Origin: Sphaerodactylus townsendi
Lineage: Eukaryota
Assembly: GCF_021028975.2 (NCBI RefSeq)
Contig: NC_059429.1
Span: 103,726,001 to 103,790,000 of the forward strand
Direction: 5' to 3'
DNA length: 64,000 nt
Under the pieces are notes generated by a model. That model had not been told where the DNA came from. It was given only the letters and a program-made list of their open reading frames with translations, and searched no databases. Both the position numbers and the translations under genes were made by a program. Below, piece after piece: positions 11,691 to 24,471 of the stretch (its first letter is position 1; each line of letters starts with the position of its first letter).

Positions 11691-14600
11691 ATAGTTATGC
11701 TCTGTGTTTCTTGTAAAATCCCTTTAAATTTATAAATGGGATTAATTTGCTAAGGTAAGTGACTCTGCCCCACATTCCTCATTTTAAATGACCTGTTTAA
11801 AAACTATCTACGTAATGTACAGGGTACTGTACATGTATGCTAGAAACCGTAAAGAAATACAAAACCTGGTGAATGAGAATATTGTAAACAATAATTAACA
11901 TGTTCAGTACAGTACACATATTTTCCCGCTGAAACATCTGCCTTTTATCTAGTTCAGTAAAGACACATCCCATCTCAGGATAGTCTAGGAGTTGCCTATT
12001 ACTCATAACATTGCTTTGCAAATATGATGTTTTCAAAGGGAAGAGTTCCAGTGTCTCTGATGATATTTGTTCAGTACACGCATTTGAAATAGGCTTAGAT
12101 GACTTAGAACAGGGAAGGGTCAGGCATCTAGGTCAAATAGAAAGCAGAGAGAAGAATTCTGTTTTTGTTTTATCTGTCAGATGGTACTTGTGAAACAGGT
12201 TATTGTCAACTAAAGCCCAGATCAGGATATAGGGCAGCCTGTTCCAGTGTTACCACTTCACTCGCTGTGTTGACCTAAATAAGAACATTTCTATATGCCA
12301 CAAATCTACATAACAGTGAGAGAAGCAATCCTAGATGTGGTAGGCCATGAAGTGCTCTGTACATGGCACCTGGGTGTTCATGTGTGGGTGTTTGCAATGG
12401 ATAGATGAACTAGACATGAGATGCCAGCGATTTTAACTTCTGAAGATCCTCGGGAAGAAGTTGTAAAAATAACAGAGCATAATACTACATTTTACAAGGC
12501 ATGCTTAAAATGGCAAAACAGGGACAAAATAGGAGAAGTGATTTGCCAGATAATGGAAATTAGATACTATCTCTGACAAATTTGCATTCAACAGCAACGT
12601 TCCAGTTACTGCAGGAGGTGGTTCTAAGGTCTGGCACAGATGATCATTAGAGGAGGAGGAGGAGGAGAGTTGGATTTATACTCCCCCCTTTCTCTCCTGC
12701 AAGGAGACTCAAAGGGGCTGACAAACTTCTTTCCCTTCCCCCCTCACAACAAACACCCTGTGAGGTGGGTGGGGCTGAGAGAGCTCAGAAGAACTGTGAC
12801 TAGGCCAAGGTCACCCAGCTGGCATGTGTTGGCGTGTACAGGCTAATGTGAATTCCCCAGATAAACCTCCACAGCTCAAGCGGCAGAGCGGGGAATCAAA
12901 CCCGGTTCCTCCAGTACACCTGCTCTTTACCACTACACCACTGCTCCACAATAAGAGGAATGTCGTCCTTTGTGCCAAGATGTAACTAGCTCCTATTCTG
13001 AGACCAGAAGGTTATTGCTGTGTTAATGTAACAGTGCAGCAACACTGGGGCCAGGTTTGCAAAAGGACATTTCTGCAGTGTTGTTTAGCAGTTTGCCCAC
13101 TGAACATGCAATGTCAGTGATCATTAGCTGTACTTTAAAGATTAGGAGATCAGTATGATCAGGAGAAAGACACAGCAATGCTGTCTGTATTTTTAAAACC
13201 CGCCCTGGAGGCTGACCTGCTCCAGAAGAAGCAGGGCACACCCATAGAGCTATTTATGAAAACAGCAACCCAAGCTCTTGTCAGTAATCACTAAAACTGA
13301 AACCAGATCCCTCCCCAGACCAGGTACGCAAAGTTCTGCTTTGTAAAGTTATGGGATGGCAATGAAACAGACAGGTTTTGCCGTGTTCTAAGGGAAAATA
13401 GAAGGTTGAGAAATCTGGCCTATTTGGGGATAAGCTAAGTAACGTGTTCTCAATGTACATGAGCTCCATTTGAGAGGAGGTGTGTCATTAACTGAAGAAT
13501 ATTGATTCTTGTATTATGTATTTGCTTATGGCCTTTGGCTGGCAAATCTAGTTGGGGTGTGTGTGTATGTGGGGGGGGGGGGGTTATCCTGTGGCTGCTT
13601 TCTGAACTACTGCTTTTTAAGAATTTCAAAGAAAGGTAACTATCCATCATCCCTTTATTTTGGGGGGGGGGGAAACCCCAATATTTCCCCATCTTTTTAG
13701 CTGCAAATGGCCCTAGCATGCCAATCTTAATTCTCTTGTGGGGTTGAATTGACCCAGATAAGTGTGTGGAGGTTGAGCATGGTGACTGATAAAACTTGTT
13801 TTTCAGTCTTTTCACCTGCATAATTCTTCAGTTTTAAGAAGGTGTTTTATGTCTCCCTCATACCTGTATTTTTGGGTAAATTAAAGTGAATGAGAATGTA
13901 TACTCTGAAGGTGCTGGAGTAATTTATCCCCAGCAGGGGCAAACTGAGATTAGCAGGGTGAAACTGCCGAACTTTATCATACTTTTCTTGTATTTTCTCA
14001 TTGCTTTGTATTTACTTGTATTTACTGCTGTTCTATTCCTTCACTGCTAAAGGGAAGTAATTAATTAAGAACTTGGGGGATGGGCGGCTGGTAGAATGCT
14101 CATTAAAATTCCTTGGGGTTGCATTTTCTAGTACTTCTTTGGGTGCCTTTGACTCATATACTAGAACAGGATTCCCCAATGTGTGTGTGGTGTCACTCAG
14201 TGGCGTACCGTCCATGGGAACATATGGGGTCAAATGTCCCCGGGTGGAGGACATTTAGTCACATGGGGGTGGAAAATTGCCCCCACACTCCTCCTCCTTC
14301 CCCCTGAAGACCCCCCTCCCCAAGACTTCAGGATGTTGGAGGGCCCTTAATTGGACACACCTCCAAGTCAGAAGGAGCCATCCAGGCCACACCAAGTCAG
14401 CAGCATCAATCTCAATGCTTTCTCAGCAGGCCAGCTGCCACCCAAACAACCCCAATGCTTTCTGCTGGCAGCTGCTCAGTGCCTCGGGTGAGGAGGGCTA
14501 AGGAGCCCTGCATGCATTGTGGTGGTGCTGGCTTCCCGAAGCTCTGCACTGTACACACACAAGCCTCTGGAGAGAGGTGGGGGGCACAGGGCAAGCAAGG

Positions 14601-15337
14601 GGCAGGAGGGAGGACACTGGGGGCAGAATTTCACTGGCATTGGGGGGCATGCTTTTTACTGCTTGGCCTGGGCGCTATTATTTTATAAATACTCCCCTGG
14701 TACCATTGTGCCATTGAGCTATTGATATCTTTCCTGGTACCCACCAAATATTTTTAGAAAGTGGTAGCCATTAATGATTTGACTGGCTGAGCAGATTTTT
14801 TTTACATGTTTTGGCGGCAGCTGCCATCACAGAAAAGGATTTTCACTGTGTGACTGAAGGAAAGCTGCAACAGCCATTTGATGGCTGGCTCCACCTCCTA
14901 GGGCAGTCATTTTGTAGCTGCTCTCGCCACACTGTGTAAGAATCCCAAAGGTGCCCACAGGCTCAAAAAGGTTAGGGACCCATGCAGTAGATTAATAATG
15001 ACATAGATTTTTTTGTTCAGGCAAGATATATAGATAAGCTTCACTTGGTCACAAAATGGTGTTGGACAGCACCGTCAAGTTGCAGCCCATTTATGGCTGC
15101 CTCTCATGGGATTTTCAAAGTAGTATAAAATAATATTAGCTATAAAATAATATTAGTTATGCAGTGCAAAGGAACTGCAGCAGGTCTGTACATTGCAGTC
15201 CTATTTGATGCTGTGGCCAGCAATGGGGACCTCCTGTGCTGACTCTATCAATTGTATGAGGATTAAGACTGAATCTTGCATGCTTTTGAAACAACCATCT
15301 ATCATAATGTTCCATTTTTGCAGGTCTATTGACCAAC

Positions 15338-15751
15338 ATGGAATTTTCACCAGAGAAGAAAGAGGCCTTCATTGTGACTCAAGAGATCTATGCAGGCAGA
15401 AAGAGGATCCCTCTGGGGTCTATCGGATGCTTCCTTAAGGGAAAGCACAACATGGGCCGCATTGTTGACCGAAAATCTAGGCCTGTCATAACCCTGATAA
15501 GCAGCCACATAAAACCACTTAGCCACCATCAGGCTGCTCTTTTGCTCTCCATTAAGAGCCCACAAAAGCGATATAGCCTCTTTTGCAGTGAGCAGCACTT
15601 CACCTCCATTTGCTTCCTAAAAATCCATGATGTCGTACAGCTGAGATGTGGCCGGGTGTTGACAGTGGGCATTGTGAGAGGCTTCTGGGAACGGCTCAGG
15701 AATCCTGGCAACGAAGAGCTGAAAATGGTTCTCATTGAGGTGGAGCTGCTG
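15338..15751 (+). CDS. CYLD-like deubiquitinase, coding exon 1 (N-terminus, degenerate first CAP-Gly region)
   Basis: Acceptor tttttgcag at 15323, Kozak ccaacATGg; IPLGSIG / AALLLSIKSPQKRYSLF / VGIVR / VELL| parallel CYLD VPKGSIG / TELLLAITNCEERFSLF / PGVVR / VELL|; GTAAGG donor, phase 0. Confidence 0.85.
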
Positions 15752-16453
15752 GTAAGGGCGTGGTCATACTTTGTTCAGGGTATTCTGGTCAGTGTTCTGG
15801 GCCTTCCAGTAACAGGAAGCTTCTGGTAGAGTGCCTTGACCTTCCCCATTCCTCTCTCCAACCGCGTATGCATAATAATGCACTTTCAGTCCACTTTCAA
15901 TGCACTTTGCAGCTGGATTTTGCTGTTCGGAATAGCAGAATCCACTTGCAAACAATTGTGAAAGTGGATTGGAAGTGCATTATTCTGCATGTACGGAAGA
16001 GACTTTAATCTCTGGGGTTTCTGCTTCTTCCAGTTTAGCTAACATAGTGCAGTGGTTAAGAGCAGTGCACTCTAACCAGGAGAACCAGGTTTGATTCTCC
16101 ACTCTTCCACATGAAGCCTGCGGAGTGACCTTGGACTAGTCACAGTGCTCTCAGAACTCTCTCAGCCCCACCTACCTCTCAAGGTGCCTGTTGTTGGGAG
16201 AGGAAGGCAATTGTGAGCTGCTTTGAGACTCCTTGCAGGAGAGAAAAGCAAATTATAAAAACCAGTTCTTTTTCTCACCTGTGTGTCCCTCATCCTTTAC
16301 TGCACACATCTATTCTAAAATATGTCTGCAAATAGCACGGCTCTTTAAATACAACATTGCTGTTGTTGCGACAAGTCTGCAGTATAGATTTTTGCTTGAC
16401 ACAAATGCTTTACTTTCAACATTAGTCATTCTCTCTGCTTCTCACTGCATCAG

Positions 16454-16586
16454 GATCCCAGGATTATTGCTCTCAGTAACAGCTTCTCCAGACTGAAGGT
16501 TGATGCGAGTAAGATCATCACAGTTAGCTCCAGTATCACCATTTCTCCCTGCCACAAAGAAATTGAGCAAAGATGCCATCGGAAGG
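16454..16586 (+). CDS. CYLD-like coding exon 2 (linker)
   Basis: cag|GAT...AAG G|gtaaga; open frame DPRIIALSNSFSRLKVDASKIITVSSSITISPCHKEIEQRCHRK; phase 0 to phase 1 exactly bridges the neighbouring exons; no recognisable homology. Confidence 0.7.
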
Positions 16587-16932
16587 GTAAGAGGCACCAA
16601 AGGGCCCAACCATTTGACTGGATAACATTTCAGCTTTGTACCTCTCTCCCTGCTATGGGAATCTGTAGGACTGCTATAATATTTTATATACAACATAATA
16701 TAATGATTTGAAACGATTATCTTTTATTTCAGAACGTTACATTTTTTCACAGTCATCTTATTGATAAAAACTTGTGCGCAGCTTCTGTCTCTTGGAGTTT
16801 TGAGTGATGCAGCTTTAAGTGTTTGTAGTAGGGATGGGTATCAACTGAAACCCAACAATAGCTTTGATAAGAGAATAAAAATGGCTTGGCTCCTGCAGTG
16901 AATTTTTATTGGCTGAAGTGATTTCTGTCAAT

Positions 16933-17538
16933 GGCCGATTCCCCACGGTCAATTAATCATGTGATACTCACACGAAATATCAAGGATTCAGGAAGAACTC
17001 CCCGCTGCCTGATCGATGAGCAAGGATTCATCCCGGTTCTGGCGCTCATTCTCCCCCTTATCCCATGTCTTTGCCAAACCTGTTTGAAAGTACTACTTTT
17101 TCAAAAAAACACGTCTTCGATCCAGTTTGGAGGGGAGGATCGGGGGTCTAATCTTGGTTCAAATTTCCCGCCGTGGAGCGTGACACAAATGCCTTACAGC
17201 TAATCAGTGCACATGGTGCTGTTCTCGCAAGAGCACGAGAGAACGAGAACCAACCAAAAACTTGGGCGGGGGAGACGTGATGATGTTCTGACATCATAAC
17301 GTCAGCACGTTTTTGCAGGAGAAAAAAGAAGGTCCCGCCCCAACACGGCACAACAGAAGAGACCCGCCAAGCCGATCGTGTGGTAGTGGGGATTGTTACA
17401 ATTCTTGAATCCGAGATAGGCCTAGATGTCTTCACTGGAAACATGCTGTGGTGAGCAGGTTGAAACCTCGATGAAAAGGTGCAGTTTATTTTCAAACTTG
17501 GTTTGATCTAGATTGAATTTCCCGGTGGGGATTCGGCC
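16933..17538. mobile_element. Non-autonomous DNA transposon (PIF/Harbinger-like)
   Basis: TIR GGCCGATTCCCCAC / GTGGGGATTCGGCC flanked by 3-bp repeat AAT; CpG-rich interior. Confidence 0.65.
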
Positions 17539-17649
17539 AATCCAGTCCAGTGAAGCAGTCACTTTAAGTATCTAGTTATTATAGAGAAGTTGGATTGCTC
17601 CTTCTTTCAATAGGGCTGTAGTCCAATGAAGCACATACTGTTTTTCTAG

Positions 17650-17791
17650 AGGGCAGATACTTAAACCAGAACTGGGCAGAAAATAACACTGAGGCAGCTT
17701 GGAAACAGGATGTTTTGCTGAAGATGGAAGGTGCTATGAAGGGAATCCAAGGACATTGCAATTCCTGTTACCTAGACACAACCCTTTTCAG
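17650..17791 (+). CDS. CYLD-like coding exon 3 (USP Cys box)
   Basis: KMEGAMKGIQGHCNSCYLDTTLFS vs CYLD [20 protein letters not shown]; catalytic Cys TGT at 17766-17768; tttttctag acceptor, gtaggt donor. Confidence 0.95.
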
Positions 17792-17808
17792 GTAGGTGGT
17801 GTGCAAGT

Positions 17809-17911
17809 TGGTTGTTGTGAGTTTTCTGGGCTGTGTGGTGGTGGTCTAGTAGTTTTTGCTCCTAACGTTTTGCCTGCATCTATGGCTGGCATCTTCAGAG
17901 GTATGACACAG
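17809..17911 (-). mobile_element. Penelope-like terminus with decayed hammerhead motif
   Basis: Minus strand reads cctctgaagatgccagccatagatgcaggcaaaacgttagg. Confidence 0.7.
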
Positions 17912-18286
17912 TCCAATTCTAGATTGTGCCAATGCTAAATTGAGCCCAGTTATGTGGGGTATGTGTTTTTTCTCCACATTGTCTCTAACAGTGCTGCTGT
18001 TTTCAAAACCAATGTCTTCCTTTTCCTTTCCTATGTCTGCTGCTGCCTCAAAAGCAATGCTTTGGCCATTTTGGAATGTTCATTTTCCTCATCCCCTGCA
18101 AAATGGCTAACTGTAGTGGTGTTCTGTGTTCTGGCCTTGCTACTGCCTGAGAGCCATTATTATGTAGTCCAGTGCATAAGCTGGGGTGAATTAATAGCAG
18201 GCTGCTGTGGCAACCATTTTGTGCTTAATTGTGCTTAATTCTGTTTTATACATCAGTGTACATATTCTTTGTGTGTTTCTTTGCAG

Positions 18287-18394
18287 TTTATTCAGTTTTT
18301 CTTCTGCCTTGGATAGCATTCTCGATTCTGCTGAGGTACATGATGCAACAGCACAGCAAATACTGAGGGAGCAGATTGTGGAACCGTTGAGACG
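18287..18394 (+). CDS. CYLD-like coding exon 4
   Basis: LFSFSSALDSILDSAEVHDATAQQILREQIVEPLR vs CYLD LFAFSSVLDTVLL...QELLRTEIVNPLR; ttgcag/gtgagt, phase 2-2. Confidence 0.95.
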
Positions 18395-21300
18395 GTGAGT
18401 TCCACCACATTTCTAAAGTATCTGTACTGTGTGGATGAATTGTATTCTTAATGCTGTTGGGTTTTCTGTATTGGAGTATTGTGTATTATGTACTGCATGG
18501 ACATCAGTAGAGGCACTGCATGAACATCAGTAGAGGCACTTTGACTTTTGGGAAAAGAAGGTGAAAATTACACAATACCATTTAACAAATAAACAATGTT
18601 CTACAGAAAGGAGAAAAAGGGGGTTGTGTTCCAGCAATGGGAGCACATTTACTGTACAATTTAAGGGCCAGACTGAACATTACAATTTAATGTTCCCTGA
18701 AGCCTTGCAGCAGCTGTGGTGAATGGCTTTTAAAAAAGAAAAAAAGGAGACACCCCCCCCTCAAGGACTCAGAACAGAGCTAGGGGGCACCTTCCCCCCT
18801 TCTGTTTTTCTGCACAAAATCTGCACTGAGAAGAGTTATTTACCCAATCTTCCTGCTCCACATGGAATATCTTCTCACAAGGAACAGCAAAATCAAGGAA
18901 ATAACTCTCCCCAGAGTGGTTTTTATGTGGAAAACAGCTGAGGAGGGGGGAGGGAACCCTTTCATCTCCCCATGGTGCCAATCCAGACAGGTTCTCCTTT
19001 TAAAAAAAGCTGTTCCCACAGCTGCTATGTGGCTGCAGGTAATATGAATTGGACTAAGGAACCCAGACCCAAATCTCTAAAACAGCAGCGTTTAGTTTAG
19101 CCCTAAGTCTGTTTAAACCAGATCAGCCAATACTGCATGTCAGCATATGGAAGAATGATGAGTCCTGAATATTCTGGAAGTAGAAGCTCAAACAGAACAG
19201 TCTTGCTGAGTCAGACTCAAAAAATATGATCCAATCTGTTGAAATGCCATGGTTTGGGCACACTGACTTGGATCCAGAGAGCACAAGAGGAACTCAGCCA
19301 GGCTATTCAAAATTGCTCATAACCCTTCTCTGCTGCAGGCCCCTGATGATGCTTGGGGCCTCCAAAAACAGCACTGGGTGAAACATGGTGGTCTGCAGTA
19401 GAAGGGAGGTGGATAAAATGTTTCCTCCTGTGGGTGGAAAATCAGGATTTGGATCCAAGCCATTGAAGCAGTTCATTCAGCCTATTACAGCCACTGAAAG
19501 AGATCATCTTATGGATTGTATAAAATATACACAGAACATGAAAGCTGTCCAATGGACAGAGACAACTAATATACAGGAAGGTGTATAGCATCAATCAGAA
19601 TGCCAACCTGATTAATTAGCACGATCATGACAGTTTCCCAAATTTCTCATCTGTGTTTATGAGCCAAGATGAACTATAATCATTTAGAAATCTCCTGTGC
19701 TGTGAGATACCACAGTGTTTTATAGATTAATGTATCAACTAGTTGTTTGAAATCGGTGGAGTTAATTGACTAAAAAGTATTAATCAGTCAAAGCTTCCAG
19801 AAGACTGTTTTGCGATGAAGTAGCATATTTCATTATGTTGTAAGCATAAATTTTCCAGCTCACTCAGGGTAGAAATCATACTTTTATCTCTCAGCTCCAT
19901 AGGCATTCATTTCCACTGGCAGATTTTAAAGATTTCTTAGTTTTACTGAATGACTTGACTTATCAGCAAGATTTAGACTAATATTCAATGGCTCTTCTAA
20001 CTACTCTTTGTGTCCCAGTTCCTCAAGAAATCGGAAGTTGCTGTGTCAGTCTAATTGTCAGAAGAGTAGGAGTTGCTATATTAGCTACATTTTCCCCACA
20101 CATATTCCAAAGCACTCAAGGCAGTATACATCATTTTCTCTTCCTCCATTTTATCCTTGCAACAACCACCCTGCGAAGTAGGTTAAGCTGAAGGAGATCG
20201 CTCACCGCAGGCTTCCTGACAAAGCAGTGATTTGAACTTAGATCTCTCAGATCCTAGTCTGATAGCCTAATCACAACTAGGGTTGTCACTCTCCAGGTGG
20301 TAAGAAAGTACACAAAATTACACTGAAAATGGCTCACAGCAATAAAGTATTACTCAGAAGGAAAACAATTCTCAATGTATTATTTGATAAACTCATGAAC
20401 TGCACCATAGTGCCTAACAATTGAATATCATTGTATAAATCACCATAGTGTTTTACAATAAAGAATCACTGAAAATATATACAGGTACATTTATCTTCAA
20501 CCTACTGTCTACTAAACTAACCAGAACCCTGATTGTGAAATACTTCAAAAGGCTAGTGGAACATGTGAAACCTTTTAGTAATCTTTAGGGTCCATAAACC
20601 TTCTAAGTTGTTCCAAGTCAAAGTGGAATCAACTCTATGGGACCATCCTGGATAGTGGTCTTGTGCAAAGGCTCTTACTGCTGTCCTGGTGAATCTCCAG
20701 GTGATGGCTGGAGATCTCCTGGGATTACAACTGATCACCAGCAGAGATTAGGTCAACTGGATGAGATTGCTGCTTTGGAAGGTGAACTCTATGGCATTAA
20801 ATCCCACTGAAGTCCATCTCCTCCTCAAACTCTCTCAGACTCCACCCCCACCCCAATCTCCAGGTATTTCCCAACCCAGAGCTGGCAACCATAACCACAA
20901 CCCCACACTAGCTCTAACCAAGAATTAGAAGACTGTTAGCTTAGCAACAGAGAAGTGGAACAGCAGTAAAGTGTCTGCCCTTGCAATAGCCCAGGAGCAG
21001 CATAATAATAATAATTGTGCAACAGCTAGCTGTAATTGACTCATAATGAGATTTTCAAGGCAAGAGGAGAGCAGATGTGGTTACCTTTGCCTTCTTCTGC
21101 ATAGCAACCCTGGACCCTCTTGCTGTTCTTCCATTCAAATACTAACCATGGCCAACCCTGCTTAGCTTCCAAGCTCTAATATGATCAGACTGGTCAAGGT
21201 ATTCAGGCTGCTACAGCATATTATAGCAGTTCCCAAAGACTGGCTTGGGCTGTGTAGCTCCAGAAACTGAAAAACTTTTCTCTCTTTCTCTGGCCCAATA

Positions 21301-21688
21301 CCAGTTGCTTTTCCTCCCCACCCTGCCCCAACCATTCCAGGTACCTGTAATCCTGCACTCCTAGGAGACCTGCACTGCCTGTTATTTCTTTTTAAATTTA
21401 TTATTAGATTTTTAGACCGCTCTCCCCTGTTACAACAGTATCAGCTGTTTAAAAGATTTTATTTATGTAAAATCAAAAATAAACAAGGCACCCTACAATA
21501 AAACCCAGTGGAGGGTAGAACAGTGTAAATTATAATAACAATACTTGCATAATCCTGTTAAATAAAAGGGGGGGGGAGAGAGGGGAAGGGAAGGGAGGTC
21601 AGCTGAGATGGATAAATACCATAGCTGGATTCATTACTAATCACTTATAATCATAACAATATATAATCATGGAAATATTGATTGTCAG

Positions 21689-21768
21689 GCATGGCTATGT
21701 GGGAGCTGAGAACGTGATGAATTTAAGGAGATTGTTGCGATCTGACAGCTTCATTACAGAAGAGAAAG
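21689..21768 (+). CDS. CYLD-like coding exon 5
   Basis: HGYVGAENVMNLRRLLRSDSFITEEK vs CYLD YGYVCATKIMKLRKIL...GFTSEEK; gtcag/gtgagt. Confidence 0.93.
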
Positions 21769-21844
21769 GTGAGTGACAAGAGTCTGGCCTCTTTACTGGG
21801 TAGGTTACACTGCACTCCCCCCCCCACCCCGCAAAGTGCAGAAT

Positions 21845-22155
21845 ATTGCTATGGAATATGCTGCCACAGGAGGTGGTGATGGCCACTAACCTGGATAGCT
21901 TTAAAAAGGGCTTGGACAGATTTATGGAGGAGAAGTCGATCTATGGCTACCAATCTTGATCCTCCTTGATCTGAGATTTCAAATGCCTTAGCAGACCAGG
22001 TGCTCAGGAGCAGCAGCAGCAGCAGAAGGCCATTGCTTTCACCTCCTGCATGTGAGCTCCCAAAGGCACCTGGTGGGCCACTGCGAGTAGCAGAGTGCTG
22101 GACTAGATGGACTCTGGTCTGATCCAGCAGGCTAGTTTTTATGTTCTTATGTTAT
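21845..22155 (+). mobile_element. CR1 LINE 3' end
   Basis: WNMLPQEVVMATNLDSFKKGLDRFM-type ORF2 C-terminus and (ttcttatg)n tail. Confidence 0.85.
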
Positions 22156-22733
22156 TCTGAGCAGTGAGGAATTCCAAAGGTAATTCTTATCTGAGTTGAT
22201 TCCTTTTGGAAGGAAGGTTGAGCAGTCCTTTATAATTTTTGTACCATTTGTTTTAATTGCAGATACATTAGTGGAACACAAGTAGAATCGTTATTGGGAG
22301 GAGTGGGGGGAGTGTCGCATCTTTCAAGCCCTGATGGGTGCTTGGACAGAGCCATTTCCCCACCATTAAGGATAACTGAAGTAGCATTACGAAGAAATGT
22401 TACCATTCCTTTTGTCATGGGCAGTAGTTTTCCCCAGGATTCTATTTTTGGCCAATCCCATAAAAAAGAATAACCCACAATAACCAAAATACAGTACCTG
22501 TAACATAACTTTGTGGTTTCATTGTTCAAATCAGTTCTCAGATATTTGTTGAAGTGTCCTTATCTTGTAAGGTAGGTCAGCTTTGCCAGTGGAGTTGAAT
22601 ATGAGTGGCTTGCATATGACCACTTAGTGAGTTTGTAACAAAGATTTGACCTCTCAGTCACAACTCATGCTCAGCCACTATGCTGCAACAGCTTCAGGCT
22701 TTTTGCTACTCTAATGGTTGATCTGGTTTACAG

Positions 22734-22800
22734 ATCCAGAGGAATTCCTGAATGTCCTTCTAGGAGAGGTCTTGGCTATAGAGCCCTTGATCAGAATCAG
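22734..22800 (+). CDS. CYLD-like coding exon 6
   Basis: DPEEFLNVLLGEVLAIEPLIRIR vs CYLD [23 protein letters not shown]; tacag/gtaaga. Confidence 0.95.
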
Positions 22801-24341
22801 GTAAGAATTTGATGTGTTGATTGTTTTCTCTCATCCATTTGAGTGCCATTCTTGGGCCTACATGCAGTGTCAGACTTCAAGGCTTAGGGCTGAAAACTCT
22901 TACAAATAAAAAAAAAGATTCAGTGCCTAGGCAGGTCCTAGAGGTAGAGCCCATCAGTTTTTGACAAGTTGGGTGGTGGGGCCCTGAGCAGAGCACAAAA
23001 AAACCCCTGTTCATTCATTCACTTAAAGTTTAGCTTTTTAAAATGCTGAGAAGGGGGACTACCTTACCCCTTGCAGTTGAGGCAACTTTGAGAAAAAACA
23101 AAAATATCCTGCCCAATTTCTTTCAAGAGTAACCCTAATACTGACCATGAATAAAAAGAAGCAATGGAACATTGGATATGATGGGCCGATTCACAATTTG
23201 TCTTGAGATGGACTTTCAGGATGGACTTTCAGACAGACATACTTTGGGGAGATCCATACTTGGAATTAATACGCAAGCATACAGGGACTTGGTGTGGGTC
23301 AGGACCATGACACTCAGGGAGCTTTCCCAGTCAGGAGCAGCCTCTAAGCATTTGCTTTGTTATCAAAATTTACACATACAGCTGGTTACATTAGTTTCCT
23401 CAAAGAGGCAAATAACATTTCTTGGGGCCATTTCTGGTAAAGAAAATGGCATGGAGGCAGAAAGAGGCATAAGCCCCCTCTCCCCATGTGCTGCAGTCAT
23501 GATACAACTTAAGGGCAACAGGCATATTTGTATACGATCCTGTTTGCAGAGTAACGAGCAGAATGTAGCTTTGTGTGCAACTTTATAGGAACAGTTATCT
23601 AGCTAAAGAACAACCTTTTTAGCTCAGAAATCATTGGAGAGCTTTACTTAAACTGAGAGAGAAACAGACTGTATACATAAACAAAGTACCACATATATAT
23701 CGATACATTCACAGTTCATAGTTCGGTTACAATTTCAAACATAGTCTATATTAAACATTTCAGTCAGAGCTTTTTGGTCTTTCCTCAGCAAGAGTCAGGG
23801 AGCAACTGTTTCCAACTGTCACCTTTAGAATGTTCATAGAGATCTCCCAGAATTCCCTGCTGCTGCATGCAAGCAAGGCTGTAAAATCCAACACCAATGT
23901 GAGCCATCTCATGCCAGGAATTAACTTCTGAGCAGGGAACTCCCAGCCCTCATCTGTCTACAGTCTGCATAAGGCATATGTGAACTGAGTGACAGGTGAA
24001 TTGGCCTGAGGTGAGTTCACTGACTAGATGGGGATAGACTGGCCTAAAGGCTCTCCACTTCCTGGTCCAAAAGGCACATACTAGGATGGAAGGAGATGCT
24101 CACAGCTCCTCTGGGCTACACTTTGAAAACAGCTACCTTCAGAGAAAAGTCTCCTTGCCCTTTTCTCTTCAAATGCAATGGATATATTCTCGTGGCACAG
24201 CTAGGTTACTTTTGGCATGAAGAAGCTGAACTCAGAACTGCTTTCTTTATATCTCAGTGACAATGATACTAGTTGATACTAGTTGATGCACTTGTCTGGA
24301 GGAAAGGACATGTATGTTTCTAAACTTCTTTGCATTCCTAG

Positions 24342-24471
24342 GGCTGGCAACGAAGCACTCGAGTATAATTGTTATCAAATACTTGTGGAGAAAGACGGTA
24401 TGGTCCAAATGCCCACCGTGCAGCAATTACTAGAAGAATCACTTCTCTCCTATGACCTGAAGTTCGCTGAG
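24342..24471 (+). CDS. CYLD-like coding exon 7
   Basis: AGNEALEYNCYQILVEKDGMVQMPTVQQLLEESLLSYDLKFAE vs CYLD [33 protein letters not shown]. Confidence 0.95.
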
